This document shows positions 12,225-24,183 of a DNA stretch of 64,000 nucleotides, piece by piece (the stretch's first letter is position 1; each line of letters starts with the position of its first letter). Below the pieces are notes generated by a model that saw nothing but the letters and a program-made list of their open reading frames with translations, was not told the DNA's origin and searched no databases. Made by a program: the position numbers and the translations under genes. The stretch spans positions 1 to 64,000 of the forward strand of contig JAMDHS010000074.1 of assembly GCA_029717555.1 (NCBI GenBank). The letters are read 5' to 3'. The DNA comes from Peribolospora baueri (lineage: Eukaryota).

Positions 12225-13778
12225 GGGCGAGACGGAATGTAAGTGCGCCAACGCCAGCAATGCGACAGGATGGAAGGGAGAGAGCCTTAAAAACGAGCTG
12301 GGGAGACAGGAAGGTGGATAAAGGGAAGGGGGTCAGAGTCCAGAGGAGAGCGGACGGGGAGAGGATGTCGAGGTGTCAAAGGAAGAGGTGGTTATCGAGC
12401 GTCCATGTATAGTCAGCGGGGGCTGGAAGGCGAGAGGATGTGAGGTGGCAAAGGAAACGGTGGACGCCGAGCATCGATGAGGGAGCCTCAGAATAAAACT
12501 CCGATCGGCCCGCCATTCCACAGGTTGTCACTCCCAACAAGTCAGCGCCGCTGATGAGGCGGCGGAAAGGGGTGGGCCGCGGGCATGGGACGGCTCTATC
12601 GGGTCATGATGGACATGACAGTCCGGCGGCCACGAGAATGTTCCAACTGAGGTCACGGTGAGGTCACGCAGCACAAGCATCGACGACCGGCTTGGCCACG
12701 GGACTCGGGCCCATGTCCGGTAGTCCTGCGATGACGGGCGAGAGGGCTTACGATCGCAGTAGCGAGTCGCTAGGAGCGTTCCTGAAGCTTGAATGTAGAT
12801 GGAAACATGCATGGCCTGGCCGGGGGGGGAGGGGGGGTGGGGGGCTTCGAGAAGACGACTGCAGTGAGCAAGCCGGCGATCTTCACGCGCCCATGCGCCG
12901 AACAGATTGACCTAGTTGTGGATTGAAGAGCGCAAAAAGCGCAAGGGTACGATAGGGTGAGGTATGGGGGCATGTAGATCAGTAAACGAACGGCGGCTGC
13001 GCTGTGGGATGTCGACGACGGTAAGAAGGACGGAGACGAGGCGGGTAAGCGGCTCTTCATTTATGCAAGTCGACAAAAAAGCCCCGTCCAAGCGGCCCGC
13101 CACCGCCAGGAGGATCGGGAGTGGCTCCGTCGAAGCTATGCCGCCCGGAGTCAGTCAGCCTGGCCTCGCTGTTCGGCGCGTGCACGCCAGCGGACCTTTT
13201 GCGGGGTCAAGGAGAGAGGGTGAAAAGGTAAAGCAAGCCAAACAAAGAAGTGGTGCCCGCCTCCTATGGGAGAATGGTGAATGGTGAATGGGAATGACGG
13301 ACACGACGTACTGGCAGACAGACATGTGCACGTGCCGAGCGAATCACGAGGATGAGCCCGTCGGTCGGATGGATGTGTCTTGCCCTCACGTGGGCCAGCG
13401 CCCCCTCCCCCTAAGCTAGAGTCGGCCCCCAGGCCAGAGTCGGTCGACCTCGTTCTCGAGGTGCAGGCTGACGGCGTTTGTGTTTGTGTTCGACGACGTT
13501 TCTCCGGGTCACGTAACTGCAGTGCGTCAAGGACGGGCCGATCGGGTCACGTGCCCTCCACCTCCACACCGGGTCTGCGTTATATTGGGCCCGCGTTCGG
13601 CCGAGCGAGCGACGCACCTGGCATTCTATCTACTTCCAAAGGAGTCCTTCGGCCAAGACAAATGTGCACAGCGCATACATAAATAAAGGAGGCCACTTGC
13701 ATCGGCGTCGGCAACTTAGAGAGAGATCCCCTTTCCTGCACCCATCTCCATTTCATTCGGTCGTCATCTTCGATCAAC

Positions 13779-15432
13779 ATGTCGCTTCCTCAGCTTTTCT
13801 TCACCGGCGCCACTGGCTACATTGTGAGCCGGGGTCCTCTTTCCGACGCCGATCCCTTGGCTCCACCACGTCGGTGGGGATGCAGGGGTTCGCGTTCCTT
13901 CGAGCAGCGGGGCAAGCTCATCGTTGTCCTGGTCTTTAAACCCTGGAATTCTTGGCACAGGGAGGTTCCGTGCTCACTACCTTCCTTTCAGACCCCGACC
14001 TCAGCAAGCGCTTCCGCTACGTCGCCTTGGTCAGGAATGACGAGCAGGCAGCGGGGGTCAAGAAGGCCGTTCCGCAGGGCGTGCAGTTCGAGACCCTCAA
14101 CGGCACGCTCGAGGATTCCGCGATCCTCGCAAAGGCCGCCGAGGGCTCTGACGGTGTGTAGTCGTCGTTTGTCTTGCTCCATCCTTCTTCTCGCTGACCT
14201 AATCTTTCTCCGTCGTCCTCTTCCTTCATTGCAGTCGTGATTCACAACGCCGACTCGGACCACGTGGGGGCAGCGACCGCTATCCTGCAGGGCCTGACCG
14301 CCCGCAAGGCGCAAACGGGCAAGCCTTCCATCCTTTTCCACCTCAGCGGCACCGGCGTGCTGAGCGACGGCGCGGCCGGCGAGTACCTCGACGATCTTAT
14401 CCACGACGACTTGGACGTGCGCTCCATTGAGGCCCTCCCTGAGAGCCGGATTCACAGGAATGTGGACATCTTGTTGAGCGAGGCGGGCAAGAGGAGCGAC
14501 ATCAGGAGCTACATCCTCATCCCTCCCACCATCTGTGAGTGGCTCGCGTACCCTGGCCTCCGCTCCTTCTTGCCTACGTCGGGCCTGCGCTCACATGCGT
14601 TCGACATGGCCTCCATCACCCTCTCTTCAGACGGCCGCGGCACCGGCCCGCTGCGCAAGAGCAGCGCCTACCAGCAGATCCCTGCGCTGATCAGGGCGGC
14701 CGTCAAGGACGGTCAGGCTCACTACATCGGAAAAGGCAAGGCCGCTTGGACTCAGGTGAGCGCGGCGGTGCTTTGATTTGGAAAGCGCCTTGCCCAAGGT
14801 TGGAGGTTTGAGAAAGTCGCGTTCGGAGCTGACGGACGACGAATCGGTCGTTTCTGACACCCGATCAGGTGCACGTCGAGGACCTTGCCGATTTTTACGC
14901 CATCCTCCTCCGCTCTGCTCTCGACAACCCTTCAAAGACTCCGATGAATCGGGAAGGCTACTACTTCACGAACACCTCCGAGATGTCCTGGGGACAGCTG
15001 TCGGAAGAGATCGGTAATGCGCTCTACGCGAAGGGACTCGTGAAGACGCCCGGAGCCACGCCTTGGCCGAGCGTGGACGACGCGACCAAGTCGATGGGCA
15101 CGCCGAAAAACGAGTGGACGCTGATGGGCTTTGCTGGAAAGTGAGTGTGCTCGCGTCCGTCGTTTTTTCGCTTTGCAAGTGCGGGGAGGGGAGGCCGAGC
15201 GTTTGCCGTCGCTGATTTGGAGAATGGCTGCATCATTGGTCGCTTGGCGGATCGCTGACGCTCTTCCTGCACGTCCTTCACGCATGCGCCACGCTCGCAC
15301 TCCATCAGTGCCCGCAACGTGTCCACCAACGCGATCAGGCTCGGTTGGAAGCCCAAGCATCAGGGTGTCCAGGCCGTCATCAGTGCGCTGCCCGACGAGA
15401 TTGAGTACGCCAAGCAAGACGGACGGATCTGA
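13779..15432 (+). CDS. NAD(P)-binding Rossmann protein (atypical SDR / epimerase-dehydratase family)
   Basis: FFTGATGYI|GGSVL split by an intron, VIHNADSDH, HLSGTG, VHVEDLADFY, LGWKPKH. Six introns. Confidence 0.88.
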
Positions 15433-16247
15433 GCTTGGTCCGTTGGTCATCTCGGTGCCGTTGGCTGGGACGGGCGCTGAGAGGGGTTGAGTCAGTCCAT
15501 CATGTGGGGTACCAGCCGTCGGCCGACTAAGGACTGGAATGATTGAACAGGAATAAAGGAATGAAAGGATGGATCACTGCGCTCCTGAGTGTCTCGAACA
15601 TGGTCTGTCTCGCCTCCGTGCGGCATGTAAACGATATTGTGTTCGAGATGAAGGTGAGCGTGGGGTTTGTCTCAGACTCGGACTCGGACTCGTCCCCAGC
15701 ATGCCGGCCGTTGTCCTCCTCCTCGCCGGTCTCGTCCACATGGCAGGGACGGGCGCGGTCGGAGACGGCCGGAGATAGGCGGCGCGGGTGACGTGACGCT
15801 CGGCGGGCTTTCTCCACCTGAGCGTGAGCGGGCCGGCCGCTGGTCGTCGGAGCGATGCTCGTCGTCGTCGTCGTCGTCCTCGCCATCACCATCACCATCA
15901 TCACCACCTCGACACCACCTGACGCCGTCTCTTCCACACCCTCTTCCCCTCCCGGCCTCTTTTCCCCGCCATTCACCCCCACCTCCAATAATACGACAGA
16001 ACAGGGAATACATAAAGAAAAGAATAGACGGACAGCCGCCTCGTCCTTCCACTTGCTTTCTCCTCCCTCGCCCTCTGACCATCCTTTCCCTCTCCGCAAC
16101 GACCTCGTTCCCGCGCCTTGTCCTCCGGCGCACGAGCCAGCTTGGACCCGGTCCCGGAGCCCGTCTGCTCCGCCGCTTATGTATCCGCACCTCCCTCCCT
16201 ACCCCTCCGCGACGACGTCTCCCCATTTCTGAACGCGCCCGGACGAC

Positions 16248-19200
16248 ATGGGCACGCAGCCCGACAAGCGAACGACCGCGTATGAAAACATTTTCGGGCG
16301 GCCCAGCGTATCGCACACCCGTCCCCAGCAGTGGCAACAGCAGCAGCAGCAACAACACCTCCACCAGCCGCTACACCTTCATGGGGCGGGCGGTCCAGCC
16401 TTCCAGTCGGCGCCGCTGAGATGGAACTCTATGGCCGGCCATCCTCAGGGCTACCCCGACCGAAGGCAACCGAGCCCGCAGCCGCCCGGTTACATGCTCC
16501 AGATGTCTTCGTACTATCCGCAAGGCATGGCGGCCGGCGGCGATCCTGTGGATCGACGAGCCAGCGTCTCCCCGTCGCTCCGATCCGGCTACTCCGGCTC
16601 CTTCCCCAACGCCAGCCCTGCCGGCCCTAGGATGTCGCTCCTGTCCCCGGACACCACCCAGTCGTCTCCCCAGAGCGCCGACTCGGCCGCTGCCGCAGCG
16701 GCCGCCGCGTATTATGGGGGATCGGGACAGTACACGGCTCACGGAGTGCCGCCCGGGATGTATGTAACCCACCACCAGCCGGAGTACGGCGGCGCCGGAC
16801 CGAGCGCGCAGGCGCTCGATTCGACCGAGCATTCGCCTTCGCCGCGCATCTCGCAGTCTTCCAATCTGCCGCTCCAACAGGCTCAAGGCGCTCCCTACCC
16901 TGCCGCCTACGCTTCCGCCAGCGCGTCCACTGCCTCGATCAGCACGGCCACTTCCGTTGGCAACGGCACGGAGACGCCCACGGCTCTCGGGGGAATGTCC
17001 ACGACGTCTCAGAGCGTTTCTCCGCTTTCTGGAGCCAGCTTCGCGAGTCAAAATTCCAGGGACGGTGGCGGCGATCCGGTTGGCGGGCAATCCGTCACCC
17101 CTGGCCCGCCGCGCTTGCCGAGCATCGAGTTCGCTCCCGAAAAGCGAGACGACTGGGGATGGGGCATGGCCGAGCTGAGCATCAGTAACAGGGGTGGCGC
17201 GCTTCAGAATCCTCCCTCCGCCCAGTCGTCGCATGCCAGCAGCACGGTCAGGCCCGGCGCTGCGGACTCGGACAGCGATGCGAAGGGTGATGACGACGCG
17301 TATGGGGGAATCGGCGCTGCAATGCAAGGCAGTTCTTGGTCGGGCGGGAGTGGTGATAATCGAGGTGGTGAGCATGGTTGAAGTTTCATCCTTCAGTTTG
17401 ACGCTTTCATTTGACCGGGCCTCTGTCGGGCGTGCCGCATGGCATGAGCCTGCCCAACGCACGACGCTGACTTTTCGCTCTCATCCCAATTTTTTTCCGC
17501 ACAGACGAACAATTTTATACCCTTCGCCCCCACGAGTGGCAGTCTGCGGGCTCATCGATTTATGAAGGCCAGCAGCGGCGACGCGGCTCCGTGGAGTCGG
17601 ACCGACGGTCTATCGCCAACTCAGTGTACACTCTTCCGGGAGGCGACCCTTCCGCCCTGTACTACCCACACGGTAGTACAATGTACGGTTCGCAGGCGCC
17701 CTCCTTCAATTCGGCCTTCACTCCCCTCATGCCGTTGTCGTCCATATCGCCCAGCTCTGGCGGATGGGATTCGCGGACGCCCCAGCGGCATCGAACGGCG
17801 TCCGTCTCCACCAATGCCAGCGGACCATACGGTTACGGCATGACGCAGCCACCTCCGGCCGAGTGGCGACGCAGCTCGGAGAGCGTTCGGGTGGGCTCGA
17901 CGCCGACCAAGCACGGGGACGTGCGATCCTTGTCCTTCACCCAAGGCAGCAGGCTGCCCGATTTCCGCAGTCCCGGTTATCCGCGTGCGCCCTCGACGCA
18001 GGCCTCCAGTCCAGCAACCATCCCTCTCAGCGCTCGATCTCAGCCACAGACGCCTGGGCCTCAGCAGTCGAAGAGAGCTCCGCTGGTTTACCCGGCTCTG
18101 CTTAGCCGCGTCGCGGAGGCGTTCAAGATGCGGGTGAACACGGTCGAGCGAGCGAAAGACGGTCTCAGCTATAAGGACGCTTTCGACGGTAGAGAAGCGG
18201 TGGATGTCATTGCGTACATCATCAAGACGACGGATCGTAACCTCGCTCTACTTCTTGGCCGAGCCCTCGACGCGCAAAAGTTCTTCCATGACGTCACATA
18301 CGACCATCGCCTTCGGGATTCGCCCAACGAGCTGTACCAGTTCCGACAGCGTCTCCCCAGCCCTTTCGTCAGTGCTGACGAGAACTACGAGGACGGCAGC
18401 GTGTATCGCGACCACCGGGACCATGGCAGCGGTGCGCTCCCGCCTCTTCCCAAGGACGCGGCAGCCAACGTGGCGGCGGCTGCAGCCACGGGAAGCACGA
18501 GAAGTACGGCGACGACGGCGACGACTACTCGGACCAATTCGACGACCAGCAGCCTCGCCCCGTCCGCGTCAGTCAGCTCGGTGAACGCCATGTCCGACCC
18601 CGAACTCTTCTCAACTCCACCCACCTCCGTTCCTCCTTCTGACACCACCCACGGACACCAAAGCGGGAGCGCTCCTCCGAGTGCACAGCCTGACACGCCT
18701 CTGCGTCGGCCAGCAAGCATTAGTTCTCTAGCGAGCGAGGAGGACTCTTTGCCTTGCGGCGTTTTCACCCTTCTCACCGACTGCTACTCGCCCACGTGCA
18801 CGAGGGATAAGCTTTGTTACAGCATCGCTTGCCCGCGGCGGCTCGAGCAGCAGGCTAAGTTGAACATGAAGCCTCAACCGGGGCTGCAGAGGAGTGTCAG
18901 CTCGGAGAGTTTGGGAGAGGTTAAGGTGCGTGAGATAATGGTGTTGGACGAGCCGAGAGCGCCATGCCCTTTTTACACGCTTCGATCATTCTTGGACGAG
19001 ATCGTACTAACGACCCATGCTCGTGACTTGCTCAGGAACCCGGCACGTTGTGGGTACATTCGGTGCCGAAAGAGGTACTCGACAAGGTGTCGGACACGGA
19101 GAAGAAACGACAGGAGGCGATCAACGAGGTGATCTATACGGAACGGGACTTCGTCAAGTCGATCGAGTACTTGCGGGATGTGAGCTCTTGTTCGTTCGAC

Positions 19201-22200
19201 TGCTCGAGCTTGCGAAGGGAGGGGGGTGGTCGAACTGACGCTGAAGAACGCTCCACCTACCGTTGCAGGTCTGGATCAAGCCCCTGCGGAACTCGAACGT
19301 AATTCCAGAGGAACGGCGGGACGACTTCATCACCCAAGTTTTCTGGAACGTGCTCGAGATCCACTCGGTCAACTCTCGGCTCTCGGATCTGTTGACACGG
19401 CGCCAGAAGCAGCAGCACGTTGTCGAGCGCATCGGAGATATCCTCCTCGAAGTCGCGCCCCTCTTCGAGCCCTTTGTCAAGTACGGCGCGCATCAGCTGT
19501 ACGGCAAGTACGAGTTCGAGAAGGAAAAAGGGTCCAATCCTGCTTTTGCCAAGTTCGTGGAAGTCAGTGATGCATCTTTCCTGTTGGAGTCTCTTCTCGA
19601 CGTTTGGACGCTGATCCACTCGCTCTTTCGACACAGGACACGGAGCGCCTGCCGGAGTCGAACAAGCTTGAGCTCAACGGCTACCTGACGAAGCCGACCA
19701 CGCGTCTAGCCCGATACCCTCTTCTCCTTGGCGTTGTGCTCAAGTACACTCCCGAAGACAGTACCGACCAGCAGCCCATACAGAAGGTGATCAAGATCGT
19801 GCGAGAGTTCCTCGCAAAGGTCAACCTGGAGAGCGGGAAGTCGGAGAACAGGTTCAACCTCGCGCAGCTCGACCAGCAGCTCGTCTTCAAGCAAGGCGAG
19901 GCCGTCGACCTTCGTCTGCGAGACGAGCAGCGAGAGCTCGTGTTCAAGGGCCCGCTCAAGAAGCGCGGTGGGACGCAGAGCGATAGCGCCGAGCTGCAGG
20001 TCTTCTTGTTCGATCATGCTCTCCTCATGGTCAAGCAGAAGACGGTGCACAAGAATGACCAATACAAGGTGTATCGGAAGGTGAGCATTTGACGCCCGGT
20101 TCAGTTTTATACGATCGCTTTTCATGTCGTGACGTCCCGCCTCCCTGTTCCCTTACAGCCTATCCCTCTTGAGCTTCTGACGGTGACCGTGTACGACGAC
20201 GTGCCGACTGGCAAAGGTAGCGGAGCTCGTCAACCCAAGTCGGTCGTGTCGCGCACCTCGACGGGCACAAAGTCGCTCATATCCGGCCCTGCGCTCGCGA
20301 TCAAGCAGGACAATAAGCAGGGCTACGCGCTTACTTTCACTTACCTGGGTAAGAAAGGGTACACCATTACGCTCTGGGCGCAGACGTTCGTGAGCCGCCA
20401 GAAGTGGTTTGAGAACATTGAGAAGAGGCAACAAATTCTTCGAGAACGGAGCAACGTTTTCGAGACCTTGCTACTCTCCGAAGGCTTCTTTTCCGGCGCC
20501 AACAAGGTCGTCTGTGCCGTGCCGTTCGGTGAGTCCGCCGTCGTCGTTTCGAATTAGGCTTCGCGTGCGTGATTTGTGGTGGGGCTGACGCTTGCATTAT
20601 TCTCACCCTCTCCTTCAGATTTTGGTCGAAGGATCATCTACGGCACCGACGACGGCGTGTACCTCTCTACCCTGGGAGAAAAGGCCCGCGAGCCGATCAA
20701 GGTCCTTCCTCTTCCTGGCGTGACTCAGGTGGACGTACTGGAGGAGTACCAGATCCTCATCGTCCTCGCAGGTGAGCTGTACTTGTTAGTGGTCGCTTTG
20801 GCGCTCGCTTTCGTGTCGTTCACGTCCGAGAAATTCTGCCCTGTTCTCAGAGAAATCGGTGCACACCTTCAACCTCGATTCGCTCGACCCGTCGGATCCG
20901 ATCGGTTCGCTCAAACGCGGCAGGCGTATTTCCTCTCACACGTCTTTCTTCCGCGCTGGCACCTGTCTCGGTCGAACGCTCGTCTGCGTCGTCAAGTCGT
21001 CCTCGCTCTCGTCTACCATCAAAACCTTGGAGCCGATCGATCAGAACGTCCGAGGCAAAAAGCAGCCAACCTTCCGCAAGCTCCTCCAGGGCGGGAACGA
21101 CGCACTGAGGGTGTTCAAGGAGTTCTACATCCCGACCGAGTCGAGCTCGATCCACTTCCTCAAGTCCAAGCTTTGCGTCGGCTGCACTAAGGGTTTCGAG
21201 ATCGTCGACCTGGAGACGCTCGACACTCAGGGCCTGCTCGATCCCGCGGACACGAGTTTGGACTTTGTCCAGAGGCGCGAGAACGTCAAGCCGATCGCCA
21301 TTTATCGCATCGAGGGGGAGTTCTTGTTGTGCTACGACGGTGAGTAGAGGGCAGCTTTGTTTGTCATTCTGGCCTGCGCGTGCTCAAGCTGATGACCGAC
21401 TCTGGTTTTCGCCTGTCTTGGATCTTCTCCCAGAGTTCGCCTTTTACGTCAACAAGAACGGCTGGCGAGCGAAGCAGGACTGGATCATTCACTGGGAAGG
21501 CTCTCCGACTTCGTTCGGTGGGTATGGAGGATGCAGTCGATGGTCAACTCTGCTGTCGTGTATCACTGACTTGACTCACTTGCTCCACACGTCCTCCTCA
21601 CGTATCTGGTAGCGCTTCACCTGCCCTATGTCCTCGCCTTCGAGCCGACATTCGTCGAGGTACGGCACGTGGAGACGGGCGCTCTACACCAGATCATTAC
21701 AGGTTCCAACCTTCGATGCCTCTTCGCCGATACGCCTCCGACTGGTTCGACCCACGCTCAAAAGGCAGCCGCGGCAGCTGCAGCGGCGCAGGCCGCCGCT
21801 CAGGCTGCGGCGGCCATACCCGCACCAGGACCTTACGGCATGCACCCGTACGGACCGCATCCGCGTCAGGCATTTGGCTACGGCGGGCCGGCGGGACGGC
21901 AGCAGCCGATACCGGGATACCCACATCAACCTGGAGGGTATGGGATGGGATACGCTCCACCTCGTCCACCTCCGATGGCCGGTCCGGGATATCCTCCAGA
22001 CCCGTATACGTTCGCCAGGCAACAGGCCGCCGCTCACGCGCGCGCACAGGCCGCAGCTGCTGCTGCGGCTCAGCGGAATCCGGTGTGGGAGAGCGTGGCT
22101 GCGAGCCGAGGGCAGATTGTGTTCGTGGGAGACGATAAGGTGATGGCCATCAAGCTGGCGGACGGCTTGGGCGCGAGGAAAAGCGAGCGCGCGAACGGTC

Positions 22201-22208
22201 ATGATTAG
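16248..22208 (+). CDS. ROM2: Rho1 guanine-nucleotide exchange factor (DEP-DH-PH-CNH)
   Basis: LVYPALLSRVAEAF, KDGLSYKDAFDGREAVD, RALDAQKFFHDVTYDHRLRDS, KRQEAINEVIYTERDFV, LELNGYLTKPTTRLARYPLL, FKEFYIPTESSSIHFLKSKLCVGC. Confidence 0.95.
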
Positions 22209-22700
22209 AATCCGCTTCGTCTCGTCTCGTTTCGTCGTACGCTGAAGTGGGCGGCCCTGTGCCGGAGATCGAGATCGATGGCCCTCGTTCGTTTCGTCGT
22301 TTTATCCCCTCTTTGCCCTCCAGTATGTACCACCTTGACCTCCGTATATAAGGCTGAGCGGATCTCCCCTGTCCGATCCTAGCAACGTCTTGCCACCCTT
22401 CCCTTTCGTTTCTTTCTTTCTTTCATTCTTTTTTCCCCCTCTCTCGCCGTGCATATCTTCCTTCTCCTCAGCATCTTCTCATTCCGGGTCGGCCCTGCAG
22501 CTCGATTCCGCCTCTCCCGCCACCCTTTTTCTGCACGCACGTCTGTTGTTGCTCTTCCTCTTCTTTTTCTATCCTTCTTGGTTCCTGGTCCTTGATCTGT
22601 GGTGATGCCGGCTGGCTTCCTGCTCTTTGTCCGTCGTTGCCTTCCTTCTCCCTCTATTCCCTCTGCTCTGTTCATGACATGACATGTACGAATTCAAGGG

Positions 22701-23141
22701 ATGAACAGCACCGTGGAAGGCAACAGGTTCTGCCCAAGATGTAGGAGGAGAGGAGGGTAGCATAGAGAGAGATATGACGGCAAGTGAGTATGCCGCTTTT
22801 CACTCTATCATGGCAAGTACCTCACTGAGCTAACCCTGTCCGTGCTGTTTGGCAGCATCAGACAACTCACCTGCATTGGACAACAACATTGGAGCGCCAA
22901 ACTCTATCCTGGACGACCTCGACCACCTCAATTTTCCGGATTGGATCAGGTTGAAGAAAGAGACCGTGAGATGGAAAGGGCAAAGTTGCAGGAGGCGGCG
23001 AAAGAGTTCGAGTGGGTGGCGAAGACGATGCTCGAGATTGCAAAGACGCAGGATCCTCGCGAGATTAGGGAAGTTTGGGAAATAGCAATAGTCAGCGCGG
23101 CATCTTCGTCCAACATGGACTGGTGTCACCCTTTTCTATGA
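22701..23141 (+). pseudogene. Possible intron-containing gene relic of unknown family
   Basis: Canonical intron 22784-22855 (GTGAGT...GCTAAC...CAG) joins MNSTVEGNRFCPRCRRRGG*HRERYDG to a 95-codon open frame. One in-frame TAG at 22758-22760. Confidence 0.3.
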
Positions 23142-23384
23142 TCCCAATATTTTTTGACTTGTACACATTCATCTCATTGAACTGAACCGAATAGAATAGG
23201 CGAAGAGGCAGGGAGATGGAGGTGCCGTTCCGTAACCGGCAAACGTTGGGTTAGTGTCGCCAACAACTTGGTTTCATGTAGAACGCGTCTAGTTCAGAAA
23301 ATAAACAGAATCAATCAAATCAAATCAATCATTCATCGACGGAGGCCGCTTCCAGCACTGCCCCGCGTCGAAAGACGACCGAGC

Positions 23385-23415
23385 GAGAGAGAGAGGGAGA
23401 GAGAGAGAGAGAGAG
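23385..23415. repeat. (GA)n microsatellite
   Basis: gagagagagagggagagagagagagagagag read directly. Confidence 0.85.
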
Positions 23416-23702
23416 CAGGCGACAACGTTGGCCGCAAAGACGAAGGATGCGTAGGCATTGAAGTAGTGCACGAAGGAAAGGAGAGTGGTCTGAGGAACAG
23501 AGGGTGGCGTGCGGGGAACCGACGAGGAGAAGAGGTGTTCGAACATCACGTGGTGTCACGTGCTGCCATTTTCCTGTTCGCAGTTGGCGCGCTTAATAAG
23601 CGATTGTAACCAAAAGAACAAAGGTATCGACCGGCTTTCACGCTGTTTGATTCCACCGTTTAAACCAGGGAGAGAGAGAGCGAGTGGCGCCAACTGCAAA
23701 CA

Positions 23703-23716
23703 GGTTATGAGCCCAG
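23703..23716 (+). mobile_element. Ty1/Copia primer-binding site (tRNA-iMet half-molecule type) following an LTR-like ...AACA end
   Basis: aaacaGGTTATGAGCCCAG. GGTTATGAGCCC is complementary to the fungal tRNA-iMet anticodon arm (GGGCUCAUAACC) and resembles the Drosophila copia PBS GGTTATGGGCCCAG. Confidence 0.7.
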
Positions 23717-23861
23717 GCTCAAGTCGTCTAACTACGCACGGACCAAGCAAGAACAAGGCTCGGTGTCGCCCTGCTTTGAGCATTCCTCTGAGTCGACGTT
23801 CGAACCGTCTTCATTGTCTCGTACGTGCGAGACGTCCTCTAGGACCCTTAGTAGTGAGCTA

Positions 23862-24180
23862 TCTTCTCGTCGCTCCGTCGCTATCCATCATAAAGTGAGA
23901 GCCGAAAGTGCGTACCAGGTACGTTACCGACAACAAATTGTTGTGCACCGTCAGGTCATATAAGACGTTGGTAAACGTAATCTTCTGCGACGTACCGCTT
24001 GAGGTGCGGAACAGATACGTCCACGTCCCTTTTCCGTACGCCCAACTCGGCTGCCCTTTGTGACCATTGATCTGGAGCGAGTGCTCGAACGCTTCGTAGT
24101 CGTCGGGCATATCTCGTGAAATGTGGTGTATCGCGCCACTGTCGAAGATACGGCGACCTTGTGGTGCAGATTCGACGGCG
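23862..24180 (-). mobile_element. Ty1/Copia pol aspartic-protease (beta-barrel) remnant
   Basis: IFDSGAIHHI...AYGKGT...ITFTNVLYDLTVHNNLLSV follows the Copia pattern DSGA..H / G.G / VLYVP.L..NLLSV. Confidence 0.85.
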
Positions 24181-24183
24181 TGG

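Noticed and set aside
13779..15432. Epimerase plus transporters as a secondary-metabolite cluster
   Set aside because: No backbone enzyme, and the genes are dispersed among housekeeping genes.
23540..23680. Possible Copia integrase/SH3 motifs on the minus strand (LNGG, SRSIPLFF-GY, RDV)
   Set aside because: Needs several frameshifts and overlaps the putative plus-strand LTR. Too weak to call.
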